Below are positions 22,750-36,440 of a stretch of DNA of 64,000 nucleotides, piece by piece. Source of the DNA: Lingula anatina (Eukaryota > Animalia > Brachiopoda); contig CM120649.1 in NCBI GenBank assembly GCA_051362555.1, forward strand, positions 4,774,001 through 4,838,000, written 5' to 3'. Position 1 is the stretch's first letter, and each line of letters starts with the position of its first letter. A model generated the notes under the pieces. It ran no database searches. It had not been told where the DNA came from and saw only the letters and a program-made list of their open reading frames with translations. A program made the position numbers and the translations under genes.

Positions 22750-24325
22750 AAATCAATAATAGATGATTCAGAATTAAGCCATCTGGTCTCTCCAAACTCA
22801 GTAGTGGAGCAGTTGTGTCTGAACTTGAAAATGTGCTCATCTGCACGTACACACTTCTTAACTATCCATGGTAAGGGCAGCTGATATCTATATTATATAC
22901 ATAAACAACCTAGATATATGGATTTTTCATATTGTGTTCCTTATCAAAAGTAGTCTGAAAAAGCATCTATTGCTTGATGAACCTTTGTAACATCTATTCC
23001 CAGGGCTGTGATATATATATATCTCCTATCTATTAATTTATTATATATCCGTATGTTCTCACTAATAGCTGACCAAGTGTGTAACTATTAAGTATCCATG
23101 ATTTGGACCAAACTCTTCTGTGATAGCTAAATCAATTGCTGAGACAATTGGCTGACATCATTACAAATCAATTGCAAACTCACTTAGTTAAAACATTGCA
23201 TTTCGAATTCATCCGTGTTTGCAGCTTAATTACTTTATTTGATTTATAATTCTTCATCTTATAATTATTTAATGTGTAAAACCAATCGAGTACGTATACA
23301 TCTCAGATATATGTATATGGAGCTACAAAACTCTGCAATATCCAAATTAAAAATACAACTAATGGAAAGCAAAATCACCATAGACTATATACAGTAATTA
23401 ATTGTATTACTTTTAATGAGGATTTTAGTATGATATATGTACATTCAATGTTGGATGTAAATTACTGGGATGCAGGCATAAGTGCTTGCACAATGCAATC
23501 TATGCTCTGCCCTGAGACCATATACAGATAATATGTGTGCGTGCATGCGTGTGTGTGTAGCACTTGCACAGAAGGTAGCCTGCTTTTCAATTTTGTTGCT
23601 AACACTCATTAAGAATGTTCTAATTTTTAGAACTAAAGACTTGAAGAAATGGAGTAACTTTTTCCAACTGGGAATATAGAGTCAGTTCCGTACGTTACAT
23701 TAGCATTGTTGAGATGAAAATAGACAACTTTCTAACGTTTGACATATCTCGACCTTAAACCTGAAAGCACTGGATGACCCCTATAAGCAAAGACCATGTT
23801 GTTTACTTGTTGTTTTGTTTGGCACATATAATGATGAACCTGTGGGCCTTTAACCAGCAGCCTGGCATTATCTAAGGGCAAGTAAGTTCAAGTGAAGCAA
23901 ATAACGTCACTCTTTTGTAAATGACATCTATTTGTCTTACGGCCATATTCATGCCAAATTTGACTTGAATTCTCTTCAACTCAGTTGATACAAGGTGAAA
24001 ATCAGGTCGCCACCCATTTTTACACTTGGAGTCGGATTCACAGCCCTTCTGTACCACTTAAATGAAGTCATTATTTATCTATATATATAATTTTTTTGCC
24101 AAATCTCCATCTGTAGTTAGCCAAGCATTGAGAAATGTTTCAAAAATCACAGCAGCAACAATCCACTGCAGCTAATGAAGACATTGTGAAGCCGCCCACA
24201 GATTTCTTTGAACAACTATATATGGCAAAAACCAAAACGAAAATAGACTAACACCCACTGACTTAAGTGGATATTCTATATTTTCATACACTAACACCCA
24301 CTGACTATAGAGGATATTCTATATT

Positions 24326-24520
24326 TTCTGCCTCCATTGTATAAGCTGAAATAATTTAATCATAATTACATATGGGATTTAATCAAACAATTCCGCCTCT
24401 ATCGTATAAGCTGAAATAATTTAATTATAATTACATATAGGATTTAATCAAACAATTCTGCCTCTATTGTATAAGCTAAAATAATTTAATTATAATTACA
24501 TATAGGATTTAATCAAACAA
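24326..24520. repeat. 65-bp tandem repeat, 3 copies (preceded by a ~43-bp duplication at ~24247-24328)
   Basis: ttc(t/c)gcctc..t.gtataagct.aaataatttaat.ataattacatat.ggatttaatcaaacaa at 24326, 24391 and 24456. Confidence 0.92.
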
Positions 24521-26268
24521 GGAAAACAATTTTGGCCATTTAACCCGAAAAAACACCTCAGTAATACACGATGTTAGGACAATTCACATCAAAGTCAAAC
24601 CTGTGGTTTTGGCAATATATTGACCATTCAATCCCAGAACCTGTCCAACTTACATCTTATGTGAATGTTCCTAGTGGCACGTGAACTTTTGATTTAGCAT
24701 ATTGATTTTTTCAGCACAGCGAATTCTGAGTACAGCTAAGAGCACATGAGGACACGCAGTTTCTTTACATATTTAACTTGTAAGGTTACCTAAGGTGGTT
24801 GTTTGAATTTAGGCCTTGTTTCTGAAAATAAGTGTGGTTAGTGATACTAATACATTTAGCAATCCTTCACTGGAGTCATCCTTATACATGAAGATTCCTG
24901 TGTGTATGTGTGTGCTTACGCGTACTGTTATATAATTATATACACAACTAAACATATGTATATGCAAATGTACACAATACTTTGTCTGAGCATATGTGTA
25001 TAAACACGCATGCACGCACGCACACACACTACGGTAATATACAAATGTACCTTCAATACATGCCTCTCTTGTATTTTTATGGTGTTAATCATCTCAAATA
25101 CACTGATCTCACCAAAATCACCTCTGCTTCCGTGTGAATCAATGGAAAAACTTAATACATCCCCTTTTGGTTACTTCGTACACGTAATTCCAGGAATCAC
25201 TTTGCTGTAATGCCATTACATTTGTCTTTCTGGCTTCTACCTCAGAGGAAGATACTAGTATTACAGTGGTTTACCCACACACACACACAAGGGGCAAATG
25301 ACGCATTTTCAATAAAATTGTGCTGGTTTTACTTAGTCCTTGCTATCAGTCTATGTGACTGATTTCTAGTCATAGGAATCAAATCAAAACTCCACCTACT
25401 GCCGTTGTAATAAACAACATCATTGAAAATGTAATTAGACCTGCCCTTACGATGACTTACAAGTACTACAATTTGAAAACTGCATGAATATAACTGTTTG
25501 ACTTCCAATCATAATGAAATCAGAAATACACCTATGCAAGTTATTTCTAAACACAAAAGTATAAATCTGAATCCTATATGGAAGAGTATGATACTGTAAT
25601 TTGAAAGATGCATATATTACTTTTGTCCATTACAGCGGGTTTTTATCCATAACATTACTTACCAGCTCTCATAAGCATAGGATTCAGATTCTTATACTCA
25701 GCTTCAGATTTGACGAATAAATTTCTACAGTAATGATTGCATTCTTGACTGTGGGACAATCTAAATCCTTTCCATCTACAAATCTACACACCGATATATC
25801 AAAGCAAACATTATCTCAAATAAAACAAGTCTACAAGGATGAGATTTATGTACCATCTTACCATAATCTTTCAACAAAAATCAGCTTCTCACACATCTGT
25901 CTGTTTTCAATGGTTCTCTGCTCAACAGTATGACAGTAAAAATGAATGTCAGCAACATGCAGTTAACCATGGGGATAATGAAAGATTCATTACACCTGGC
26001 CTGAGATGACATTTGGCTGTACATCATAATTTAATGTATGGTCGCACTGGCATTTGCAACTGTATAGTAGCAGGAAGTGACTGTACACATAAAACATGTA
26101 CACAGTAGCATATGTATCTGTACACCTTTCTCCGTCCTTTTATTTCCCATGTATTAATACATACATGTGTATCCATTTGAATGTACCATACAAGAATGAG
26201 AGAGAGAGAGAGACGGAGAGGGAGAAGAGAGAATCTCTGTTAATTGTCCTATCTCCAAATATCACTAA

Positions 26269-26485
26269 GACTGGGTTCCCACAGATTTAGATCGATCCAC
26301 CTGGATCGACCTAAATCCCTCGGGGGTTCACACTATATTGCTGTCAGCTGAGCATGCGTGAAAGTTAATTACCACCTTACAGCTTTTAGTAGGCGGGACA
26401 GACATTTAAGTCGGCTGTGCTGATAGCAATCTAGTGAGACTCCCCAGGGGGATAGATCGATCTAAAAATCTGTGGGAATGCAGTC
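26269..26485. mobile_element. MITE family B (Harbinger/Tourist-like), TAA target duplication
   Basis: taa|gactgggttcccacagattt ... aaatctgtgggaatgcagtc|taa; closely similar to the copy at 38127. Confidence 0.9.
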
Positions 26486-27719
26486 TAAGTTCTGCAGTTC
26501 CTAAAACCCTAATCACATCAAATTAAATGTTGTAACTTACACCTACCCTGCTCTAAAATTGACATCTTCAGGAGGTGGATCTCTTCTCCTAGCGAAAGCA
26601 TACCTGATCTGTAGTGTTCAGTCTTCGTCAAACAAAATCGCACACTTTGTCGTAAAATACCACTTGGAGACAGCAACAAATTTCCCCGTAAAGGAAATAG
26701 TAAATCTAGTAACTGAAATACATCCGTTTTAAGAAGTTCTTATCACTCACAATAAATCAAGAAGCAGTGTGTCGTATTCTGATGTGAAGAAACAAAAATG
26801 TTCACTGTCCTTCACAACTTTTACCGTGATTGAACAATGATTGATTCAGCAGATGTATTCTACTATTATAACATAACACCGCGTGATCTTTGTCTTCCTT
26901 TTCAAGCATGGACTTCCTTATATTCTTCCTTTCCTCTGACCAAACTATTTTCCCCCTTTTTGGAGTATCAAATTCCTTTAAATTTTCCTTCTGCTCAGAC
27001 CAATCTGTACCTTCTTTTCAAGCTTCCAGCTTTTCAACATTGGACTAAATCTCAGATTTTAGTACTTTTATTTATACCCAACAGTGTGCGTGTGCGTAAG
27101 TGAGTGGAAAACCACATATATCATTTTGAGTCATATTGAGGCAAGAGGCCTACAGCTTATACAACTCACTACTAAACCACCCACCAACATCATGAGACTG
27201 CTACCAGAGGCAGCTCTGACTCTTCTCTTACATGATCCTTCAATCCTATTTTCCACTTACATCTAGGGAATAAGCCTCGCAATAAGTAAATGGAGTGACT
27301 GAGTTCTCAGAAATATTCATGCTTTTAGTTTTTTTTTTAATAATCACCTAAATGACCTTGCACCTTAATCTATATTTCAACTTCCCTAAAATTATGAGGT
27401 TGACTCTTTTGTCATTATTTTCATTTTCACTTTTAAGGCGCCATAAAAAACTCTTTGCAACATTAAAGTAAAATGTGCCATGTCAAAATGTAAGCAAAGA
27501 AAAAAAACAAAAAAACAAAACAGGAATGATTAATCCAAACCACCATCCCCTGAACTGCAGTGGGAACCAATCCACAGAAACAATAATGACAATTCAATTA
27601 GTAAATATTGTAAAATCATGCGATATTGTGTTTTAAACAATTTCCCACTATCCACCTCACCTTTTCCTACACCCACACTCTCACGGAAACCCAGGTAGAC
27701 CTTAAATCTACCCAAGCAA

Positions 27720-27893
27720 TGCCGCATTCAGAACAGTGGACTAACTAGCCCGCGGGTCAAATTAGCACCCCACTAATACACTTGCCGTCTAATCAACTAA
27801 TATATACTGAATAGATTCCCCGTGGGGAAGTATTCAAGTGGGTCGGCCATATTTGACCCTCGGCCTAGTTCGTCCACTGTTCTGAATGTGGCC
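27720..27893. mobile_element. MITE family A, 3-bp target duplication (CAA)
   Basis: gccgcattcagaacagtggac ... gtccactgttctgaatgtggc inverted termini. Confidence 0.88.
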
Positions 27894-28342
27894 CAAGATT
27901 GAAACCGAAGACTGAAGTCGTAATCACATCTATGCTAGTTTGAAATATCAATCTTTTTTTATCAATCAATCAATTTTCTCTACATTTAGTATAAAGGATA
28001 TGCATCCTCAATTGTGAAGCCTAGGCACATAGTATGCATCACCTTTAGAAAAGATTTATGAAACAAAAATATATATGAAATAAATAAATACATAAACCAC
28101 ATTTGTAATTATGTCTTTATAATGTCGAATTTGTTTAAAACTTGATAGTAACATTAATAATTTCAGTTGTACCTTCAGGAAATAAATATTTTGATGGTAT
28201 TTACTTTATTTGCATTATAATGGAACTTCCCAGACCCTCTTTCAAGTTGCATTTCCAGACCAGTACATGTATACATAAATACATGCATATAAACATATAG
28301 GGGATAAAATCCATATGAGATAATTATTTCTAACCACGAGCA

Positions 28343-28484
28343 GCCAATCTAGTCCTGTTTAATCCTGCCAATCTAGTCCTCTGTCTAATTCTGCCAATCT
28401 AGTCCTGTCTAATCCTGCCAATCTAGTCCTCTGTCTAATTCTGCCAATCTAGTCCTCTGTCTAATCCTGCCAATCTAGTCCTGT
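28343..28484. repeat. 24/26-bp minisatellite, 6 copies
   Basis: gccaatctagtcct(ct)gtctaat(c/t)ct repeated. Confidence 0.93.
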
Positions 28485-29514
28485 TGGCCAAATTTATGAG
28501 GTGTTGGAAACAATATGGATCGTTTTAAGATAGTAATGCTATAAGTAAAACTGTCTCAACTTTACTGGAAACAAGGCCTCATGTTAACCACAAGCTGGCA
28601 GCTTATTTCTTTCAAAACTGGACACAGTACATTGCGTGTTAACTCTACAGCTTTAGGCATAACAAAAAGGTTTGCCATGTCCATGTATGTTTAATAATAT
28701 GTTCGTGTTTCACAATCTCGTAAACAACATACAGTTGATCAGCACGTGCACGCTGGTATGCACAACATACGCACGCACGTTATACAACTGGAGTTATTAT
28801 TAGAATGTTTTCTAATTGGCTTTATGAAATAAGCAAGCCATGTGCACATGTTCCTAGAGTTGAAAGAATATCTTTGGCTTCGGTCAAGACACTTGCACCT
28901 AATGTAGCTCCTTCTCTGTAGAGCTCAACACTTTGTTTCACCACTTCAATTTTTGATTTAAATAATGTTGTCAACACAAAGGTGACAAAATGATAGATTT
29001 AGGGAGGGGGGGGGGGTACAAGGGTCCTCCATCCGAAGTAAAAAATATTTTTTTCTTAATACAGCCTATAACTAACAGTTCAGCAAAGACATCATTAAGC
29101 ATCCTGATGCCTGGTCACTGGTGAACCTAGCAGTAATTACGCACCATAATAATTCCTTCTTAATGGCAAAAGCATAGCACAAGTTAACTTAACAGTACAA
29201 TAACGACTCAATGATCTTAAAAACACTTAATTTTCCCTGCAGCTGTCGTATTAAATAATCATCTACTTTTGTCATCACTTTCACAAGTCTACAAAGAGTA
29301 GACTTTTTCCAGACCCCCTTTCCCCCATCAGAGTACTAAGTGAAAAGCCAAAAATGATGACTTTTGACAGCAATTTGGATCGCCGTTCTTATTATTTTTT
29401 TTTTCAGAAGCATTCAGATGGCATTAGCCCCCCCCCCCAAATGCCCAGTTTGTAGACTTGTTAAAATAATAATATAATGCTATACTTAAAAATACAGTAA
29501 AATCGTGTACTCAC

Positions 29515-29569
29515 TCTCATGCTTGGACAAAGTCGACGGACTCGAGTCGTTCTGGGCCAGGCGGAAATG
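29515..29569 (-). CDS. KDM6A: KDM6A/UTX 55-nt exon (HFRLAQNDSSPSTLSKHE)
   Basis: ccttttttccag-type pyrimidine-rich acceptor, gtgag donor; phase 0-1 bridges exons 33975 and 20465; resembles vertebrate HFQLALVDCNPCTLSNAE. Confidence 0.93.
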
Positions 29570-31305
29570 CTGGAAAAAGGTCACAAAGAAATGAAAGGTA
29601 ACATAAATTACTGGTAAATCAATAAACGAGGTATGCGGACAGTGGCCTGTGATGTACACCGCCATGTTCATAAGGGTCAACATGGGGGTGTGTATTGGCC
29701 GTGTCAAATATTTCTTTCACATTGATTACCCAATATTTCCCAAATCAATGGTTTGTAAGTAACACCTGAAAGAAGTGAACCGCTTAAGTGGATCTAAAAA
29801 GGAATGTAGGTTTTATTAAATAATACAAAAAAAAAGACATCTTAAAAATATGAAAGGAAGTGGTTCTGAAAAAGAAAGTAGGGTTCAAGTCAGAGAATTC
29901 TATATTGCAAGGTGTCCTAACTAACAAAAGTCCTAACTGGACACCATAGTTGATTTGAGCTTGATACAATTGTTTCTTTGTGAAATGGTCTACAATCACC
30001 AACACTTATGCTAGTAAGCAGAAAACTTTTGCACCGAGTCGGTTTACATAAGCCAATAAGTCAGAATGACATGACTGCCCAAGACTGTGAATGTGCAATG
30101 CTATGCCTATTAATGAAGGCCACTTAAACTTCAAAAACTGAACCTGATGCCTGAAGAGTCTCTCACCTATAAAATGTGAGTAGGCCCTTGACAGGCCTGG
30201 ACTTACTGTAATTGGTCAACTGCAATGACCACTGACCACAAGTTTTAACAAAAATAATTGTGTATGGACATTAAAAGATTGCAGAATTAAGTCTAAGTGT
30301 AGTGGGCAAGTCTAATAGCCTTCAACCATATCAGGCTATATGAATTATTATATCAAACTTTGAGAACCCAGTGTTACATCTCTCACCACCTGATATTGAA
30401 GAGGGCAATAATCTATCCATCAAATTCCTCATACCAGACCCAACGTGACAACTGTCAGCTTCAAGAGTCGTTAAGTACAGCTAAATGTCCCAACCACTAC
30501 ATCCAACGACATTGCCATTTTTATGGGATTAATCCATATTAATCTGTATTAATCTATATAAAGCAACTCACCCATTTCCAAGCACTGGTCTAGACCCCTT
30601 GTTGCTAAATGCACTCTGTGTAAAAAGAACATGGCAAATCCTTCAGCCGTGGAGGCTTTAAGTGCAGACAAATGCTCTGAGCAGTGCAGCATGAACATAC
30701 ATACCTTGATTCAATAGGCTACTAAAATAGAGCGTCTGAACTTGAAAGACCTGGCTTCTAGCACAGGAGAAAAGGTTTTTCTCGTAGCGGGGGCTCCAGA
30801 AGGGGGCAGGCAGGTGGGGGTAGGATTTGGGAGGGGAGGGGGGTGGCATGGCAGACTGTTTACTTAGGGCAAATGAGATGTTTGGCGTACACAAATATTT
30901 GACATGTGTAATGTTAGGCATCTAAAATGAGACCACTTAACCTTGAAAGACCTGAATAAATAACAGAATATTTACTCTTGTCAGAGTTCCCCAGGGATAA
31001 GTTCAGATTAGGAAGAGAGTGAAGTGGCAGAACCTGATGAAGCCAGAAAAGATGCTAAATCAAAATTTATTCAAGTGTTGCATTTGTAGATAACTGTTTA
31101 AGCACAAACTTTCAAATGCATAAAATTTATACCGACCTCCACCAAGAGAAGCAAAAACTTGATACAACCTAAATGTACCCCAACCTTTTCCAAAGAGCCT
31201 TTAGGGCCACAAATTTTAAGAATGTAAACATAAAATAGCCAAAGGACTTTTTTCTAAGCGCCCCAAACTTTAATTATAGCCCTATAATCAAGATCTGTCA
31301 CTAAA

Positions 31306-31584
31306 GCCTAAGGTGTTCTCATTTACATCCATGCACCCCAGGGTGTTTTCATTCATCCCTATGAGACCCAGGGTGTTTTCATTCACCCCTATGAGCCCCA
31401 GGGTGTTTTCATTTACCCCCATGCACCCCAGGGTGTTTTCATTCACCCCTATGAGCCCCAGGGTGTTTTCATTCACCCCTATGAGCCCCAGGGTGTTTTC
31501 ATTCACCCCTACGAGCCCCAGGGTGTTCCACTATCCCCTATGAGCCCCAGGGTGTATCCACTAACCCCTATGAGCCCCAGGGTG
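31306..31584. repeat. 30-bp minisatellite, ~9 copies
   Basis: cccagggtgttttcattcacccctatgagc unit; the last copies are 29 bp. Confidence 0.95.
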
Positions 31585-33514
31585 AACACACAGACCGCAC
31601 ACCCCAACAATTAACTCCACGCTGCTAAACAAATGCCACAATATTTCCTTCCAACAAGCCCCAGTCACCAGCCCCTGGTACACAGTGGTATTTCTTTGCC
31701 TGTATTGACAAGAGATCATATGCCTGGCTACACCCCAGACTGATATTGACCAGCCAGGCCACGTTTGTTATGCACGTGCAGGGCCCTGTGGAAAAAGTAA
31801 CGAGGAACTGAAGAGGAAAATTGGTCTTTCACTGCAGGACCAAAAATTCAAGATAGCCTAGACCGAGGATAGAACAGAAGGTGTTAAATGGGGATTGAGG
31901 GCCTGTTCTGCAGAGAGCTAGAAATGGCTTATTTTTCAGACTGGCAGTTGCTAATCCTTGGTATTCTACTGTACATGTATTCTAGATTGAAAAAGATTTA
32001 AAGTTTAGTTCTAATGTTAAGGCCAAATTTTGTTTTAAATGAAATGAGGTATAGGGTTAAGCAAACATATAGGTGCAATAGCTAAGAAATCCAAGCTAAG
32101 ATTAAGTGGTTTGCAGAAACAGAGCCATACTCAAGGCCAGGGTTGCCACTCAGGGGATAAAAATATTTCATTGAGAGATACAGTAAAAAATAGCTAAAGG
32201 GCCTTGCTAAGTATTACCACTACCAGACTTAGCAATAATGGATAAACAGCATTTCAGGCAGACAATATCAGACATAAATAGGATGACTGAGCAAAGATGG
32301 ATACAGCCAAGATCATAGCTCCAAATGTTCCCTCGATTTTGTAAGCTATTGTTGCACTTTTCACTATGGAGAATTGTCAACAAATATGCTTTGAACAGAA
32401 ACCCCATTTAAGTTAATACACACACAGAGGAGAGAACTTCGAGTTCATTTGTGCTGCTGTGACATGATGGCTGTGGTCACTGAAGATATGACTGAGGAAA
32501 GGTCTTTTAACACCAAGGTCACAAAAGTCACTCAGTACAGGTTCAAGTGCCAGGAAAACCCCCTTCACACTGGACAGTGTCCTTTCTGCGTACTTTGTGC
32601 AACCATGAAACTGGCATCACTGTAGTTATAAAAGGAGGCACAGGAATTGCTTTGGGTGCAAAATGAATGCTCAATGATCGGACAGTTGTCAGCATGTAAA
32701 GTATTATAGTTTTTTTACTCTCAACCAGGGTCGTACTAAGGGATGCAGAAAGGATGCCATCCAGTGTAGAGGGGGCTTAAGAAAAAGGCTGCCGATGAGA
32801 ACCTGAAGAGGGGGGGGGGGGGGGGGGAGTTGGTAGGAAATTTTGACTCCCTTCTATGATAATTAAAAGCAATTCAAGTGAATGACAGTGCAGAACATGT
32901 ATTATTATACATATATTGTGTGCGTGGGAGCTCAAATAACATTCAAATGTCTAACAAATCATGCTGCATAAAAATCTATTGACTAAGTTTCCATCTTTAT
33001 GTCCAGGCAGACAGCATTTCAAACTGAACAATTATTATCATAAGTTGGCACCCAAATAAACTTCTGTAAAGAACACTTAATAGAGCATTCAGTTAACAAA
33101 CCCACCAGGTCAAAATGCCAGCCAATCTATTTGTTCATTACTTATACCTGGATGAACTTAACACAGGCATTGATTGGTTGTTTCCTGTTTCTCTGAGTTC
33201 AAGGTCAAGGTTACTGACCCAGATATGTCAGGTACATTTTGATTGCAGGTGCATATCTACCAAAGAGTGTTTGTATCTTTTTTTTAACTTAAAAGATGTT
33301 TGTGTAACATTTCATTTTCGATCAGTTTAAACAGTCTGCTAAAATGGGTGATTGTGAATAAAGAGGAGGGATCTGGACTCGAAACACAACTCAAATCAAA
33401 TCATCGAACAAAAACAAAAACATGAGATCATGTATGGAAGTTCAAACCCATTTTCTTTGACACTGAAAGTCCATGGAAGTCAATAAGGCTGCAGTGTATT
33501 TGAAATAGGTGAAA

Positions 33515-33722
33515 TTTCTAAATTCTATTTTCTATTCGCGGTATGTCTTATGATCACGGCCTGTGCCCTGAATATCCTGCGGCGTAATTACTGGCAGCGC
33601 GAGCCAGTTACTATAAGTTACTATAAGTAACTGGCTCGCGCTGCCAGTAATTACGCGGCGGGATATTCAGGGCACAGACCGTGATCATAAGATAGCGCGA
33701 ATAGAAAATAGATTTTTAGAAA
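33515..33722. repeat. Near-perfect ~208-bp palindrome (foldback-like element)
   Basis: ~95-bp arms with few mismatches, inner ~30 bp perfect (gcgtaattactggcagcgcgagccagttac), spacer tataagttactataa. Confidence 0.95.
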
Positions 33723-33974
33723 ATAGACATTCCATGTGAACGAAGCCCAAGTCCTATCATATGTCTGGTTTCATTACTACTACAATAATACATGACATTT
33801 ATCTATCTAAAGCTGTTCAAAAAGAATTACTCATTAGGAAAAATCAAGCGGATTATTTACTTAGGTTATAAATAAAACATGCCTTTAAAATCTTACACTT
33901 TGTCTCTTTAAAAACAAAAAAAAATCATTGCCAGGCGCTGCGTTAAAGGGACTAGTGTCTTTTCTTTCACTCAC

Positions 33975-34095
33975 CTTTACACTGGTCTCATAATCCGAGT
34001 TGACTTTGAACATCAACCCCAGGCGAATGTGGATCTCGTTAGCTCGGCTGAACCCTGGATCAGTATAAAGCACCTGCTGAAACGCCTTGATTGCC
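33975..34095 (-). CDS. KDM6A: KDM6A/UTX exon, TPR ((W)[40 protein letters not shown]); most 5' exon found in the window
   Basis: ttttatctttgcag acceptor, gtgag donor, 121 nt, begins in phase 2. Confidence 0.97.
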
Positions 34096-36208
34096 CTGCA
34101 AAGATAAAATACAATGCAAAAATTGAATACATGAACAACAGGGAGACAGTAGGGATTACTAGTCTAGTTTTAGTAAATAGATCTATTAAGACCAAGCATA
34201 AATTGTTAACTGAGCTGTTCTCATTTGTAGGAGATATCATGCTTATAAACTGAACTTTTACCTTGATAAAACAAAACATGTAACTGAAGATATATGTATC
34301 ATAATAATCATTGGTATCAAGTATCATCAAGACCTAATATTTTTATGGTATCTGATGTTTAATATCATTTGCATTTGGAAAATATAGGTTTTGTAAGTGT
34401 TGTAAGTGGTGATCCCCATTTTTTGGTTTTCTTTTTGTTCAAATTTTAAGGTTAGTGGACCAAAACTGAAAATACCACAATGTGGCCCAACCCACACAAT
34501 AACGATTATGATATCCCACACACTAGTGCATCCAGCATACAGGTAGAATAATAAACCCTATATATCCCACCTGGTGCTTCTGACCCCAACCCCAACACTG
34601 CAGCCAGAATAACTACCATCTGGCACTTTTCACAATAATTATCACATTATGTTATACCTTTAAACTTTTCAATTTCCACATTTTATTAAGCTGTACCTAC
34701 AAAAGCTCAAAACAGTAGTTGTCTAAAGCTTTGTTATGTACAGCTCAAGTAAGTGTAGAAATCAAAAAGTATAATATAATCAAAAGACTACACAGATGAA
34801 TTTCCATCGAAATAATTATCACATGTTTCTTGTTTCCACATTTGTCATACCTTCATGCATTGATCATTATTTTCACCTGAGCAAGATAACTACTAGGAAG
34901 GGGTTATCCACTTCTATTATCATTTTTACAAGTCTACAAAATGCATGCTGAAAGGAAAGGTCAATGCCCTCTGTATGCATCTGAAAGATCTTCATCCTAA
35001 GGGATGTGTTTTTAAAGGTCATCATCTTAATTTTCCAACTTGTATACTCTGAATGGCATGGGGGGGGGGGGGGGGGAGTCTGGAAAAGTCTATTCAGTGC
35101 AGACTTGTGAAAATGATGATAAAAACAGATTACCCCTAAAAAATACAAAATCCTCTTTTGTCAGATTAAATACTAACTATTGAGCAATCCTGTATAATAT
35201 TGGCATCCATGCACATTATAATAGATCCAATCAACTCCACATGACCTGTCCCCTTCCAGATGGACCTGCTGACCACTGACATCATCAGCGTAAAAAATTC
35301 ATTAATTACATGGACCCACTGCTCGCACTCAGTGACCATCAATAATGGTCAGCCCAATGACTTGGTCAGCTCACTGGTCAGTGGGGATGGTTCACATGAC
35401 TTAGTATTAAAGGTTTTTAATATTTAATTATTATTCTTATAGTATCAACACATTTACATGAAAATAAGTGACAGAGCAATCAAAATTGGTTTTCATGAAC
35501 AAAATGGGTTTTTATGGAGTATTCCCTGCCTTTAAATCCCTCTACACCTCTTCAATAAATGACTGGCCCTGAGTTCTGATGGACGACATTCTATGCAGAA
35601 GGTCAAATCAATAAAATTCAAATTTTCACTTAATGGGCTTTTACACTCAGTGACCCATAATCTATTTCTTTTCCATACAAATGACTGACAGTACATGCAA
35701 ACCTGTGGACAAGCACCTAGTCATAAACACTGACACTGTCTTATTACTAAAGACAAAAGCTTACTAGTCAATATTCACTTAACACCAAGGCCCCCTTTTT
35801 GTTACTAATAAACTTAAAGTATCTGTCAAACAGACAAATATTACCTCTTGCATGTGGAAAATTTAGCCTCTGTCAATTTTCAGTCTTCTTTTAAGGTAAA
35901 ACTGTATTAAAATACTGTCATTGTAACTGAAGTCCACATTTTGGTTCACATTTCTGATAAATATATTAATTTTTCCCAATATGGCTCTTCTCTGTGGGCA
36001 ATGTGGGGCCATTGGGTCAGACCAGGCTCACGACTTGGCTAGATTGCCATCCACTTCTTTTCCCTATCTGATTCTTTCCTTGTCCCTAGGTGCTATAAAC
36101 TTCAAACTTTGGGCCAAAGAGAAGAGAAAAGGCTTGCTGCCAATGTTCTGCTCATGTTAGTCATGTGTCCAACTGACCAAAGTTGTATAGAGATAAACTA
36201 ACCTAACA

Positions 36209-36440
36209 TAAGTATAAACAGGCCTTTAAAATGATCACTTGTCCATTAATATTGTACAGAGAAGATTCAATCTCACTTAAGTGTAAATAGGCCTTTAAAA
36301 CTATCACCTGGTCCATTAACATTGTACAGAGGAGGTTCAACCTTGTGTAAGTGTAATAACGGACTCCTACGACAATCACCATGAAAGTTGTATGTACAGA
36401 AATGGGTCAACCTATCCTAAGTGTAAACAGGCCTTTAAAG
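36209..36440. repeat. Degenerate ~70-bp tandem repeat, ~3.3 copies
   Basis: taagt(g/a)taaa.aggcctttaaa...tcac...tccattaa.attgtacaga recurs. Confidence 0.75.

Larger units (their letters stand above)
8924..34095 (-). other. KDM6A: KDM6A/UTX-like lysine-specific (H3K27) demethylase gene, 5'-partial, 23 coding exons in the window
   Basis: All exons join in phase through GT-AG introns into TPR + disordered region + JmjC + Zn domain; TPR repeats distinguish it from KDM6B/JMJD3. Confidence 0.97.

Noticed and set aside
29570-29707. ORF extending in frame upstream of exon 29515-29569
   Set aside because: It starts at a non-ATG codon, runs through an obvious polypyrimidine tract, and has no independent support.
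31288-31543. Repetitive ORFs on both strands (NENTLGLIGV / FSFTPMSPRV)
   Set aside because: By-product of a stop-free 30-bp minisatellite; no splice or codon evidence. Not a CRISPR array, as there are no unique spacers.
8924-34095. Possible U12-type (minor) introns, e.g. donor gtatacct at 15373
   Set aside because: It does not match GTATCCTT; all inferred introns fit ordinary U2 GT-AG.
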